Source: the human T2T-CHM13v2.0 reference genome, Homo sapiens. Taken from it: a stretch of DNA of 64,000 nucleotides. The notes under the pieces are model-generated. The model searched no databases and was not told the origin of the DNA. It saw nothing but the letters and a program-made list of their open reading frames with translations. A program made the translations under genes and the position numbers. Where the stretch lies: assembly GCF_009914755.1 (NCBI RefSeq), contig NC_060935.1; one strand, 5' to 3'. This document shows positions 13,318 to 28,059 of this stretch, in pieces (position 1 is the first letter of the stretch; each line of letters begins with the position of its first letter).

Positions 13318-14200
13318 CTCATTTATTCATCTAACAGTTACTGATTTTCCATTCTATTGTAGGTGTCAGGCGTACAGCAATACATAGAAAATACTGCCTT
13401 TCTCTTCGAGGAGAGAGCATGTTCACGGAGTTCTGGAGAGTGAGAAATGGAAAAAAAGCACTGGAAGACATAAATAGAAATGACAATAATTTTAGACAGT
13501 GATGGGGTAATTAAGAAAGTAAAAGACTATAAAGGAGTATGAGGTATCTGAAGTCTGGGCAAGAAAGTCAGGGCAGGTGTGCAGGAAAACATGGCACTGG
13601 GCAGGAGCCTGTGTGAAGGTCTGGGAGGAGAACATTCCAGGCAGGGTGAAGAGAAAGTTCAACAGCCCCACAGAGGGAAACAGCTTGGTGAATTCCAGAA
13701 CCAGCAAGGATGTCGGTGTGGCTGGGAAAGGCAGCTGCGGAGGAGAGCAGTGGAAGGCGAAGTGGTGGAGGCAGGCAGGGGCACCTCACTCGGTTTCCTG
13801 TAGACCATGGCAAAGAGCATGCATTGTATTCCAAACACAATCCTCAGTCGGTTTCCTGTAGACCATGGCAAGGAGCGTCCATTGTATTCCAAACACAATT
13901 AGACCACATTCAAGAATTTAACTGCGAAATAATTAAATATGTAGCCTCCTTCATATTTAAAGAAGAGATCTGCTTTCAATGTTGAAAATGGATGGAGGTA
14001 GAAGCTGGGCAGAAAAAGTTAGAGAGAAAAAGGCCAGCCAGCAGACTGAACAGATCAGGGGAGAGATCACTGAGATCATTGTAGCACTAGACATGGGAGA
14101 GAAATGGAAAGAATTCTCTGAGATGAAGTTTAGAGGTACAGCCAACAGAATCACCTGTGGCTTGGGTAAGAGAATAAAGATGACTCCTAGGATTAGTTGA
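13318..14200 (-). mobile_element. L2 fragment
   Basis: gagaacattccaggcagg, gcttggtgaattccagaaccagcaagg, agatgactcctagg. Confidence 0.8.
13784..13899 (+). repeat. 58-bp tandem duplication (2 copies, 4 mismatches)
   Basis: cctcactcggtttcctgtagaccatggcaa...ccaaacacaat repeated at 13784 and 13842. Confidence 0.95.
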
Positions 14201-16435
14201 ACACAGAATAAATTAATCAATTAATGGTTACAACAAGCAATTAATTAATTACTGATACTTGTCCTGTAACCATGAAAAATCAATTCTAGGAGAAAGAATT
14301 ATTTAATGGATTACAGGAAAAAATGATGATCATAATGATGAACATTTTAAGAGGATTTGAGAGTGCTCAAGAGTGCAGCAAGTGTGTAAACATACTGTCT
14401 CAGTCAATTTTCTCGTAACAGTAATGAAGAAAGTTGTATGTCACTGCAAGCTTAGAAAGATTAACAAATTTGATTAATGCCACACAAATAATAAAGAGAA
14501 AAACAAGGATGTGTGCCCCCTCCTGTCTGTGTGCTTAGCTATGATTTTGTTCTGCTTCACCATCTATAAGCCTACAAAGCAACATCCAAAGGGGCTGTGA
14601 GTAAATGCAAACCTACCTGAGCTGAAGATTCTTTACCCTTGAGATAAAAAGGCAGGTTAAAAAGAAAATACATAAGGTCATAAGTGCTGAAGTAGAGGAA
14701 GGTTAAATAATTATTAACATGACATTTTTCACTTACAGATTTGCCAACAATATTTTTAAATAATAACATGCAGTCCTGGAGCAGATATGGAGATATTGCT
14801 ATCCGATGCTGTCAATAAATCACTAAATTTCTTAAGATATATGCATGAGAAAAGATTGAGAAGAATATAACAATAGCTATAACAATGAGATAATGGAGTA
14901 ATAGTATGTATATATTTAAAATATATTGAAATGTATGCTTTTATAATTTTAAAATTACCATTTACATTCAACCCTTTTGTAATAATTTTTATATCTATAA
15001 ATTTCTAATTCAAAAATAATTTTGGGTCAAATTATGAATACCATATTCATTTCAGAATGCAATACATACCACATAGCTAGGTACAGGGAGAAAAAAGCAT
15101 AAGTTTTCAAAGGGATGGGCTGGTTTTAACTCAAGAAAGTCTATTGGCCAAGGGTGAATATCCGATTATATCACCATGTCCAAAATAGGTATGAAAATCT
15201 AAGCTGGTCAAATCTGGGGAAAATAACAAATGGTCTGATCTTCATAAATGAATGAATCAATCCATCAGTTTAGTCCAATGCACTTATTTTATACATAAAA
15301 GCTAAGTCCACACTACTAGTTAATGGCAGAGCCAGAATTACATATGATGTTTCTTATCACTCAGATTTCCCAACCCCGAGTTCAAGGCAGATATGCTCTA
15401 TTTCAAGACGTGTGTGTAATACAAAATTAAATCAAAATTTTAAAATCATCATTGAGTTGTTGGGCTACATTTTGACCTGTATTGGAAAGTATTATTTTCA
15501 ATGTATGTAATTAGAGTTCTGTCTCTCAGTGAATTTTGTCTCTCTGTGAACTGAGAGACTGTTTTTGCTGGTGATGATGGCCTCTGTTTGAGGCTGTGCT
15601 GCGGTTTGTGAGAGAGCTGAGAAAAAGGTGGTACATCAGGAAAGGGGAGGGGGAGGTCGGGGAGGTAGGGAAAAGGCATATGGAGAACATGATCCAGGGA
15701 GAGGAGGATTTTAAAAAGTAAATTAAAAAATATAGCACGTTGTGCAAGTAATAATAATAATATTTCTACAGAAATGATAGTGGAATGGAATGGGCCCAGC
15801 ATCACATAATAAATGTGTCCCTGTCCTGCTGTATGAAAATCTGTGGGCAAGTTATTAACAAGCAGATGGTCCTCTCTGCTGTTACCTGTCTGTACCACAA
15901 CACTTTTACTTTCTTTTTTTCCCTTTTGCTGAATTGCAAGTTTCCATTAATGAAAACTCTGAAAAGTCTGAAACCTATTTCAGCCCTGGGAGCTGCCTGT
16001 AGACAATCAACTACTGCACTGGAAAGGTAAAGGCATCTGGGGGAGATGGGGCATGTGTTGATTTCACAGACTCCACAGAACTCTCTGAGCCCCACAGCTA
16101 GGACCTGTGCATCCAGAACAAAATAGCAATTTCCGTCCATGACATTTAAAGGTCTTGGAGGAGATCAACACCAGCACTTAAGCTGTTAAGGCTCAGGGCA
16201 TCAGGAGGACGTGGCAGAGGCATCAGCCATGGAAGTTTTTAATTGGCTTGCTTTCTTGGGCTATGTCAAATCTGTGTTTATGTTGCTTATCTCTGGAAGT
16301 GACAAGGGTTGGATCAGCTAAGAGCCATGGACAGCATATGCCTGAATTTGATTTGGCTGTAAATCAAACTAGCTTTTTCTAACAGGTACTTACCCTCTAT
16401 TGTATTTGGCTACAATTTCAATGAGTAAGTGATAC

Positions 16436-16695
16436 ATTGTTTTAGTTAAAAGAAGTAGCTTTGGAATCAGTTAGATCTGGATACTGTCCAGACTCCACCA
16501 CTTGGCTGTGTGACAGTGAGCAAGCAATTCAACCTCCCAGAGATTGGATTTTCACATACATGACATAATCATGTCATGTCCATAGTGGCTTTGTGCAGAC
16601 TGAATGAGAAAATAAAGCTAAAGTGCTTATCATAGTGCCTGACACAAAGTTAAATAATCAATAAAATTTGGCTACTGTTATTATTGTCATTATTA
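16436..16695 (+). mobile_element. MIR, near full length
   Basis: gctttggaatcag...ctgtgtgac...aaagtgcttatcatagtgcctgacaca...tattatt. Confidence 0.8.
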
Positions 16696-18384
16696 TGCCT
16701 GGACAAAGTACCAATTGCAAAAATGCCTAAGAGGCCAGATGGGTTTGAACAGACATATGTCTGCCCTATCTATATTTTTATTTCTATGTGTCTCCCTCCT
16801 TTCTTCTTTTTCTTTTTTTTTAACAAAAACTGTCAGTTGGAGTTCTGCCTTATACTTTTGTTTATGAACATTTATTCTATGAAGACAAAACATCTCTTAA
16901 TTTTTTTGTTGGGGCCAGTAAGGAAAGAAACATAGAAAGGGAGAAAATGACAGACAGAGAAGTTTGCATATGCATGCACCCCTAGACCCCAAGGACTAGA
17001 GCAAAAACCTCTAAGGACCTACTCTGTCAAGGGTTGTGTTGTGTTTGTGTGAAACAGTTTGTAGACAACAGATCTAGGAGGTGGGGAGGACAGTCTTTTG
17101 CTTCTGTGATTAGTAGACTTGTTACCTAAACTGAACAGGGCTCCTAGTCTTGGGAAAACTATCTTCTTTACTCTTAATTCCTAAGCACCATATCTATCTT
17201 TCCCAAAGTATGTAAAAATGACCTTTGGTTGAAAAAGTAGAGCAAAATGGAGCCACAGGAATTGGCTTCCCATTGAAATAGGTATGTCATAAATTGACTA
17301 GATTGTTTAAGAGCATCCTAGAGGATATAATCCTTCTTTTCAGGTAGCTGAGCTACAGCTGGTATTTTTGCTTACACAGATATCTACAGCATACCTCCTT
17401 GAAGCACTTGAATTTCTAGTAGCTATATCACCACCCTCACCCCCAACCTACTCCTTCTCTCATATAGAATCTATGTAGACAGCAAATAGCATTTATTGAG
17501 ACACTATCCTTTTGGCTAAATATAGAACACAAGACATGTCTACTCATACAGTGTGATAACATTTAAAAATCAAAGAAAGAGAAAGAACCAACATGCCACT
17601 TTGTGAACTCTAAACTGTTATCTTTCTATTCTTCTAGGAACTTTCTGCAGCTACCTCAGCTTAAAAACAGCTTGATTTAGACTTTATTACTACTCCATTT
17701 CACAATATGCTATGTGCAAAGGTATTAAATAATGAAGACATATTTTCTCATTGTTGAATATGATGAATAAAGCGAAATGAAAGAGGATAACACAGAGGCA
17801 TTTAGAAGAGACTGTTTAACTTGTCTCTAAAGGCTTTTAACATATGGCTGGCATATATCTGCTTGCCCCGTGATGATTCTGACGATCTTACTGGCCTCTT
17901 ATTCTTGACTCTTTTCTGCTAACAAGCTTTGGAATAGCCCCAAACTTTATCAGATGCAAGACAAATGAAAGGAAAGATCACATTTCAGTCAGGACTTCGA
18001 TCTCCTCAAAGGTTTTGTGGTAACAATTGACAGTGACTACTGATATTATTGATTAACACGAGGTCTGAAAAGCACGAGGTTTGCATAGAACACATGAGTG
18101 ACAATTGTGATGGTAAATGCTGTCATCAGGGTATAACAGGGAAGGCAGGGCTTGACCACGGCTGATCCTCTAGAGCAGATGGCTTCACAGCTGCAGAATT
18201 TTTAAATTTATATGTATAGGATACCCAATATTTGGATAAAATATATAAGGATAAAACACACGTAACAAAAATATCCTTTATCTGTGTATGTATGCGTGTT
18301 GTTTAACACATTACATATACGCATTTTAATGTGGCATAGCTTCCTTCTATTCCACACATTTGACGTGAATTTTCCTTAATGTGC

Positions 18385-18835
18385 TAAGCCTCTACCTGGA
18401 ACGCCCTCTTGTTTCTTTTCCACTTTACTCATTTCTTTTTTTTTCAAGACCCAGTTAAAAGGTCATATCTTCCACGAAGCTTGCTCCAGCAACCCTCGCT
18501 CCATTCATAGTTCCGTTCTTTCTCTCATTCTACCAATAATTATTAAACATATACCAAGTATCAGGCATTGTGGGAGGGGCGTAAGGATACAGAGAAAAAG
18601 AGACGCAACCCAGTCTTTGCTCACCTGGAATTCGCAGTCTAGCTCTCTTCCATCCCCGTATTAGCAATTGCCAACCTCTTTCCTAACATCTATTGCCTTT
18701 TATTGCTATTTTTGGTATGTGTCTGTTTCACCTACTAGGCTATTCACTTCATAATGTTAGAAACAATTAAAAATTATCTTTGCATTGTGACCCCTTGCAG
18801 GCTACCTGGAACATAGTAGACACTCAATGAATTTT
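18385..18835. mobile_element. L2 3' fragments: plus-strand copy with a minus-strand L2 end at about 18520-18642
   Basis: ctctacctggaacgccct...cctggaacatagtagacactcaatgaa on plus; tcattctaccaataattattaaac...gcagtctag on minus. Confidence 0.6.
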
Positions 18836-19447
18836 TTTAAGTCGAGGCATGGGAGACACGCAGATGCTCAATATCTCAAACTATTACAATAATTTCCAAC
18901 GCACGCCATTTCTATAAATTAAATATGCAACTAATAGTCACCATGAAAACAAGTATCAACACATTCTTTTTAACAACAAAAATCTATCATTTTAGTTCTT
19001 AGCACTGCTAAGAAAATTTCATCAACACTGTGTAATATTAATCCGAATAAGTTGGTACATAATGTTTGGTGTGTCAAAAAATAGATTTGCACTATAATTT
19101 GTTTCTCAGAAAGGCCATGGAGAGAAGTGCAATGAGAATGATCTGCCTCTGAATTTAATACAAATCACTCCCTTACTGATCATCCTTTATACATTGAAAT
19201 TTGAGTCACTTAATAGTCTTTCTCCCATGGTTCGGTCAATATTTGTGAGCATCTTCTAGTTTATGTTTTTTTTAAAAAAATTTCTCTGCTGGATACTGAA
19301 GCTAACCTTTTAAAAAATATATTTGGCTTTTATGTGTGAGATTGTTCTCTCTCCTTTAGCTCAGTCCTGAGTTTTGAGGAAGAGGCTTTACTAGTTCCGT
19401 GATCAACTTTGTCACTATTCAGCAGACAGAAAACCTAAGCCAAGCAT

Positions 19448-19934
<487 letters not shown>

Positions 19935-20119
19935 AAAACCTAAGCCAAGCATAAACCGAAGCTCTCTGACACAAAAATACAACTCCAAATGGCAGGCTCA
20001 CATCTCACATTTCTCATTTTCTGACAGGCTTTGGTGGGCTCCACTTGTTATCTTACCAAAAGGTCAGTGCAGAAGAAGTCCCGAGTGCCTACACCTAGTT
20101 GTATATACAGGAGTCTATA

Positions 20120-20340
20120 GTTTTGATTTGTATATTTTTTACATGAATGGAATCATACTGTACATATTGTTTTGTCATTTGTCTTTTTAAAACTTAACAC
20201 TATTACTATATATCCCTATTTAACAGCATACTGATGTATTTCATTCTTTTTATCTGCAGTATAATATTCACAGTGAAATTGAGCCATAGTATATGCAAAC
20301 ATTTCCTTTTAGGGGAAAATCAGGTTATTTTCTGGGACGC
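20120..20340 (-). mobile_element. L1ME fragment
   Basis: aatggaatcatactgtacatattgttttg...ttcattctttttatctgcagtataatattc. Confidence 0.7.
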
Positions 20341-20357
20341 TTTTGGATAATCTCAAT

Positions 20358-20624
20358 CAATGTTTTTCAAACTTATGTAACCGAACAATCATTATTTTGC
20401 CTTCAAATGAAATGTTATAGAGCTCTCCAGAATACAGTGCAATCAATAAAAGAAGATTCGCTCTAGTCAAAGATCCGTTTAAGGGAACAGGTATGGGCAG
20501 GATCTGGAGCCCACAGCATAGCTGTGGGGTGTCCTTCTGAGCTGCTTGGTCCATGTGCTCCTACAGCAAACTCTAGGCATCTTGACTGAACCCTGGTGCT
20601 CCCATGCCATAATTTGGAAAACTC
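20358..20624 (+). mobile_element. hAT-Charlie MITE (MER103C-like)
   Basis: caatgtttttcaaact...ttcaaatgaaat...gctctagtcaaag...tttggaaaac. Confidence 0.55.
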
Positions 20625-21279
20625 AAAGAACCAGGACAAAAAGCTTAATGGTGCTCTGTTCTAAGAGATAAGGATACCAGACCAACTGGTCCAGAGATCA
20701 GAAAAGCCACTCACTCGGGTGGATATCTTTAACCAAATGTTTTCGGCCAGCCTTCATCTTTGCAAAGACGAAGACTCTGTAAGTGACAACACTCTGGAAA
20801 TAGTCTTCACGTAGGCCTAAATACGAAGGGACCAAAGGCCAGCATGGGTCTTCCCAGCCTCTCCATGTGGAGTTTCCTTGCTTATTATTTGAGATGACAA
20901 GTGGCTGTAGTTTATTTTGTATGAGAGGGGCTGTAAGAAGTTTTTTATTGCAACAAATTTGTCTTCCAAATTATGTTTTTCTTAGGCTAAAAAGAAAAGT
21001 ACATTTTCAACTCCTTTGTACACCCACTGACTAGTCTGCAACCCTGATATATGACGTGTGACAACAAGAAAATAATTGGGGACCAAAAGCTATTCTTAAT
21101 TCAAAGTGAGTAATTTATATAATGTTAAATGCAAACTATAAGAGTAGATAAATACCCAGGTTATTATAACAGGTAAATTTCTCAACCCTTAAATGTATAT
21201 CATATTTCATAATTTTGAGTGACTTGTAACATTCTTATACTTAGGTGATAGTAAATATCTGTTGATTCAAATAGTTAAC

Positions 21280-21428
21280 TTTTTTTTTTTTTTTTTTTTT
21301 TTTGTAGAGACACGGTCTCTATATTGCTTAGGCTGGACTTGAACTCTTGGAACTCCTGGGCTCAAGTGATCCTCCCACCTCAGCCTCCTGAGTAGCTGGG
21401 ATTACAGGCGTAAGCCACTGTGCCTGGC
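21280..21428 (-). mobile_element. FLAM/Alu left-arm monomer with TSD
   Basis: polyT(24) plus gtagagacacggtctc...gccactgtgcctggc; flanks aaatagttaac / aaacagttaac. Confidence 0.9.
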
Positions 21429-23389
21429 TTAAACAGTTAACATTAATCAAATTTGTTTTTCGATTGCCAATGTATAATGTATATACAAATTAAATAATTT
21501 GAGGGAATTAAATAATAACTGTCAAGTTGAACAGAAGAACTGACTGTAAAATGACTATTTGGGGTTAAAAATTAAAACAAAAAATTCTGTAGCACCAACA
21601 ACTCTCTGTAAACTACCCCCATGTGGGCACAGCTGTGAAATGGTTTCTCCTGCTCAGAATGCCCTCCTCCCTGGTCTGCCCCTCAGCCTCCTCCTAGACC
21701 TATCCCTGCCTCCCAGAGCTCTTATTCTGCTCCAGGACTGTATAGAGCTCCCCATTTTGAAGCTCCACCTGGGATTACTTAACAAACCAATTCCCCACAG
21801 TTACATAACCATGTATCTCAGATTCTTTAGAACAGCCCAATTTTAAAGTAATCAATCTTGCTTTCCCTAGAAATGCACTCATTTGTCAAAACCTGTGTCT
21901 TGATTAGAAAGCACGAATATTATATCCACGCTACCACGTAACCCTCCATCCTTCTCCTCACCTTGCATCCCATCAGAACTAACATTCATTCCAAGAAGAT
22001 AATTAAAGGATATCTGGTGAAATGAAATCTCATCAAGTGGAGAATGACTTGACCAGCCATGATGGCTGTTTATTTAGGAAGAGGTTTAGTTCAGATCCAT
22101 GAGTCTCTGATTCCAGCAGCTAGGTATTGGTCCTTGAAGACCTTCCTAGCACCCATCTAACTCCACCTAAACTGATCATGGATATAAACAACTCATTAAT
22201 TTTTCTATTTTAAAAGTTTCTTTATATTATTTTTCTCCAAATGGAGTCAGGGTGAGGGGTACATCCGTTTATAGGTACATACAAAAAGGAAAACTATAAG
22301 AGGCCATGGCAGTTTGGTTGCACACTACAGTTACACAGGGGCATGTTCTTGTATCAATATTTCCCTATTGTTACTAATGCTCTTAATCATAAATATTCCA
22401 TGCATTCTCTATTCCCTCCAGGCACTATGATTCATGTCTGCTCAAAAAGACACTGTTCTCACAGACTGCCACTCACAACCGTTATGAGAGACAGACACTT
22501 CAGCATTCACTATGCAAGTGTTTACTGAATTCACAAACAGGAGACAGCTTCACAGAGACACACATCGCAGCAGAGCCTCCTGCACAGATGTCAGATTTCC
22601 ACAGAAGCCTCCCAGAGGCACAAAGATCTCACAATGGACTATTTTTAGTCCTGATAATTAATATTGGAGGAGAAAGGGAGGAGAATGAAAATGTAGCTCC
22701 AGCAAAAAGGCAATTACCATCGACACCATATATTCTCACCTACAAGATGTGTTATTTTCAAGGAAATGTCAAAGAAAAACCCTCCCAAACCTATAGATTG
22801 TTATACTGCACCTCCTGTGAAAGGCATTTAATTTTTCTCTTTTAAAATTCTAAAAATAGCTTGGTTTCGTAGGTTAATATAGACAGCCTGGATTCTACCA
22901 GCCTAGATTTTACAGTTACAAAAAAATTCTGTTTGCTTCTGAGTCCCGGAAGGCAAGAGTTTGGTTCTCTCACACATACTGAGTAACCATGATCAGCAGT
23001 TGTCCAAGAGAGCCCTGGCGACACCTTCCTACTCCTTTGCGTGGGGTCCCCAATGTTGCATTTTAAAAGCATTTCTCCATTCCCCTAAAGTTTCATGGAA
23101 ATCAGTTTTGCCTGTGAAGACCTGGGCATTGCCTGTGGACTCACCCCTATCTCTTAAGTAGGATGATTTGCGCCACCTAAATTAGATCCCAGTCCATGAG
23201 GAGATGTAGAACAACCTTAGCGTCCCTTGAGGTCCAGCAATGCAGTAAAAGGAATCGTGGGAACCACATGGGGCCCAAGTTTGCCTCTGCATCTCACTGT
23301 TGTTCACTTTCCCTAAACCAATGGCTTAGTGCTCAGGTCACGGACAGTAGTGAGTTGCATCATGGGGGTCCACCTTGTGCTTTGACTGC

Positions 23390-24535
23390 TTAATCCAGTT
23401 CTCTTTTTAATGGACACCTCTGCTCTGCTTGAGATCAGTGTCCTCTCCTTCTTAGGCTTCTGCGTTTTCCTCATTTCTACAAAACTTGTACAAATTTAGT
23501 CTTTTTCTGAGAGCTTCTCTATTTCCATCCTAGTTTGCTCTTCATCTGGGTGCCTGAGAAATGTTGGTGTTCTCCAGGAATTAACCCTCTTCTTCCTAAA
23601 TCTGTATGTCCAGCCTAGACTCTCCCAGATTTGCATTTGTATATTCACATGTCTGCCAGTGATCTCCTACTGATCCATCATAGGAATCTCAAATTCAACA
23701 CACCCAAAACTGACCTTAATACCTTTTTACTTTAAGCCAGTACCTACTCCTGTGCTTGTATCTTGTGCTATAATCCCCTTGGTCACCAAAGGCAGGCCTA
23801 TGTATATCTTCTGCAGCTCCTTGCTTTCATCCTCCACATTCAGTTCGTCACCAGTTCAAGCAATTTCATCTCCAAAAGAGTTCTTAAATCCATACATTAT
23901 TCTGTATCTCTACCATCACTCCTCTGGTTCAAATCCTTATCATCATTTGCCTGGATAACTACAGCAGCTTCCTAAACTATCTCCCTGTTTCCCTGTTCTC
24001 CAATTCATCCTCCCTCTGTCAGAAGGGTCTTTCTAAATATAATCTGAACTGTATAATTGCCCAGCTTAAAAACCTTTTGGTGGTTTCTTATCATCTGAAG
24101 GATAACATCAAAACTTATCATAGTGTATAAATGGTGCATGCTTTTCTATCTAATCTCATGCTTGCAAAAAACTGTATTCCTACCTGATTGTACTCTAGCA
24201 ATACTAAACTACTTGAAGGTGCTCTCACATTTCTTGCTTTCTAACTCTTTAATTGTACTATATCTTCCTAATTAACTCATTTACATCCTGTATCCTAGAT
24301 TTAGCAATGATCTTGTATCCTATAAGATCCAGCTTCCAATTCCTCCCTGATGGAGTCCCCCAGCACCCGTAATACTTTACGGATACTTTATGCTATAGCT
24401 CTATCAGTGAACTTGCAAGGGGATGTAATCCACAAGAAAGCCAACTCCACCAGGTCAGGGCCTTTATCTCCCTCGCCATTTCATGCTCTGTGCCTGGAAT
24501 ACTTGTTGGTGCTCCACATTTGTTAGCAAATGATT
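23390..24535 (+). mobile_element. L2, long 3' segment
   Basis: tccagcctagactctccc, ctcaaattcaacacacccaaaactga, cctggataactacagcagcttcctaa, gtgcctggaatacttg. Confidence 0.8.
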
Positions 24536-24829
24536 CTAAATATTTATTTGGAAAGCAAGAGCCACAGTATAAAGATGAGCAAGAGCTCATGTGTGTCCTC
24601 TGTTGGGCTCCATGCGTCTGTCCTCAACAGTTAAAGAAAGCCCCTCAAAGTCATGGAGCTAGTTGAGGAGTCTTGGTTTGGGAACCAAATTATCCCTTGC
24701 TTCTTTGTGTTTATTTTCGTAAAAAAAAAAAATACAGGGAGGAGTCCGTGCCTTGCTTCTGTTTTCCTCTAATTTCCCTTACATCTATTTGCCCGCCCTC
24801 AACCCTAACAGGCCCCTGAGCTTTTCCTA

Positions 24830-25200
24830 AGATTCAGTGTGGAGTTCTTCCTTCTCATTCCAGTCCCTTCTCCTGGCTCATTTCCTTCATTCCTGAAGCC
24901 TCAGCTCTCACTCCCTTGTAGAAGTTTCCAAAATCATCAGCTCCCTCTCTGATGCCCTTATGAACTCTGAGGCCTTTTCTAAGTGGAGGCCAGGCTGCCT
25001 TCCTCCTGAACATTCTACCACCAACTCAAACAAGACTTTCAAATAAGATTTATCCTCTTCCCCCAAGCCACCTCTCTTCATGACTTTCTTGTTTTGTTTG
25101 AAGGCGCCAACATTCCTAATCACTCAGCCTTGAAAAATGCAGAATCGACTTTGTCATCTTCTTCTTCTCTGCCTCCCACATTTAATCAGGAACAACAGCC
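24830..25200 (+). mobile_element. L2 fragment
   Basis: ctcaaac...tttatcctcttcccc...cattcctaatcactcagcc...cccacatttaatca. Confidence 0.5.
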
Positions 25201-25499
25201 TTTTTAATTAATATGAATGTGGGGAAACTAACAAAGTTTTCAGAAATGACAAGTAGTTTGGCTTAATTGATGTAGAGGGTATAGTGAAGCATTGATGGCC
25301 TGTAAGACCAAAATGTAAGCATACAATCAGATGCTGTGGAGGCTTAAATCTGAGCTAAGGAACTTGGAATCCATTCAAAAGGACATTTTGAAGGTGGTGA
25401 GTATACCCATTATAAGAAATAAATTTTAGTAAAAATTAATCTGGCCCTGACATGCAGAGGGTTTAGAATGGTGGAAAGGGAGTATTTAAAGTTAAAATA

Positions 25500-25690
25500 C
25501 TAAGAATCATAGTGCAGTCACACGCCAGCTGTGTGACTTGGTGAGGCATTAAGTTTCTCTGAGCTTAAGTGTCCTCTCTAGAAAACAAATGCAATAATAT
25601 TGATCACAGAAGCATTGCATGGGCTAGAGATAATGCATGCAAATGCACCTTTAATAGTGTCAGAACATTTGCAGCATAAAATAATTTGTT
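25500..25690 (+). mobile_element. MIR
   Basis: agctgtgtgacttgg...tctctgagcttaagtgtcctc...gataatgcatgcaaa. Confidence 0.7.
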
Positions 25691-25715
25691 TCCATGGTTT
25701 TAAGAATGACACCAC

Positions 25716-26099
<384 letters not shown>

Positions 26100-26194
26100 C
26101 TATAACTTAGTCTAGTGTCAAGGAATATTGAGATTGTTTCTAGACACACTCAGACTTCATCAATGCCATAAAGAATGTCTCCTATCCTAAATTG

Positions 26195-26326
26195 AGACCA
26201 CAACCTCCTTGAGAACACAGGTTTGTCCATGTCCAATCTACATAGTATAGTAGGTACTCAACACATAGGAAGAACTCAATATACATTGACTGAATAAATG
26301 AATGAATAAGTGAACAAATGAATGAG
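26195..26326 (+). mobile_element. L2 3' terminus
   Basis: ctccttgagaacacagg...ctcaatatacattgactgaataaatgaatgaa. Confidence 0.65.
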
Positions 26327-28059
26327 AAGAGCAAAGTCCATGGTTTGCCAGTGACCAGCAGCTTCCTTTCAGCTCTGGTTAGGTTTCCAGCTATTTGAGC
26401 AGCAGCATACTTCTCCAGCTCTGTGAATACTTTTGAGTTACCCTTGGCACCTGTAAGCAGATATTTTCTGGTACTTGGGTCCTTTTTCTTCCTTCCAAGT
26501 GTCCTCAAGTACACTTTAAAGCTGTTCAAATTGGCAGAAGGAATTTCGTCTTATATCTTCAAAAGATAAGGTAATGAGAATGCTTCAGTCCTATTTACAT
26601 TAAAAGTTAATGCCTTTATTTATTCATCTACTTTTATGGATCTATTGTGCCTTCGTAAATCCATCTTCAGCTCTTTGGCTTTCTCTCTGGACACAATTGC
26701 CCTTGCTTAAGCCAGATATATATAGATAAATGAGCAATTAGCAGCCCCAGGAACTGCCTGCTGGGGAGACGCTCGTCCTGTCCCACGATGGCAGCTGTCC
26801 AGACCTCCCAGACATACTCTGACTTCCTTGACCTCTGCCCTGCTCGTCTTAGACCTCCGCTGCCTGATTCCCCTGCATTTGTCAGAGCATCTCCTTTCAC
26901 AGGATGATGTCTGCGGGGTTTGCTTTGTAATTTGAGGGAAAAGGCACACAGTCAGAGGGCTTTCCAGGAAGAGCTGACCCAGGAGGGCTGCCACCACCCC
27001 CGTCTCCCACCTCCACTTTCTGTCTCTACACCAAGTAAAGCCATCCTGCAAGGATCATCCTGCAAGGACCAGCCTCCAAGCCTCTCCCCTTTTCCCACTT
27101 CTGGGCCAATGGGACCGTGACTGCCGTGACTGCACCCAGGAGCCAATTAGGGCATGTTCCTGAAGTTAGGAGATGGCGAAAAAGAAGACAAAGATACATT
27201 AAGAACTAGAATGAAGAAAAAATCTGCAAGTGAAATAAGAAAAAATCCCATGGACTTGGGGCTGGAATTGATAAGTAGATGAGCAGTGTCTCCCCCCACC
27301 CACCGCTCACCCCAGTTCTTTTTATTATTTCTGTTAGTACTGTTAGAGCCAATTTGGAGAGACAGTATGTAGAAATTGCTTCCCAGGGGTTTCTGTCTGT
27401 TAGGTTTCAGTTCCATGAGTATGTGTGGCATAACTTAGAGAAAAAGGGTTATATTTTGGCTTCTGATGGAATTTTGTTTTCAGGCAGACTTTTCAATCAT
27501 ATCACTAATTAAGTAAGTGAGTGAAGTTACCAGCACCAGCAGGGTGCTTGAGTCACCAGTAGGTGCCCAGCAAATGACAGGGCTTGGACTAATTACTATT
27601 ATAATTACTGATTTTCTGTTGTTGTTGTTGCTGTTACTGTGAACAGTGGAATATCTTAAAAGTCAACTGGACCCCTTAGCCTCTTGTCGTTGCTGCCAGG
27701 GAAGAGGATGCTCACTGTGCATTTGGAGCCCCCAGCCTTTTGTACAGCATCATGAGGTTGGGTGGGGTCTCTAGAGATAATCTATAACTGGACTGTAGGT
27801 TCTTTGAACACGAAGTATGGAGGCCAGGATATTTCCCACGGAGCTTTTGTCTCTGAAGGGCCAAACGCCACCTTGAATACATTAGGAGGAACTCCTCAGT
27901 AACTACTGACTGGGCCACATTGAGTTGGGTCGGGCCTGTGGTTCCTGTATCCTTGTGTTCTGGAACTGGTGATAGAAGCCCACAGTGTATATTTGAATCA
28001 CACAAAGAATAGAGACCTAGCCTTAAACCACCTGCTTTTCTATACTGAGGACATATCAC

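Noticed and set aside
13280-13370. Tail-to-tail L2 junction as a possible miR-28/151-type hairpin
   Set aside because: The arms are too diverged to form a convincing stem.
15449-15898. Longest ORF in the track (149 aa, minus strand)
   Set aside because: No recognisable domain; this length is expected by chance in 64 kb of six-frame translation.
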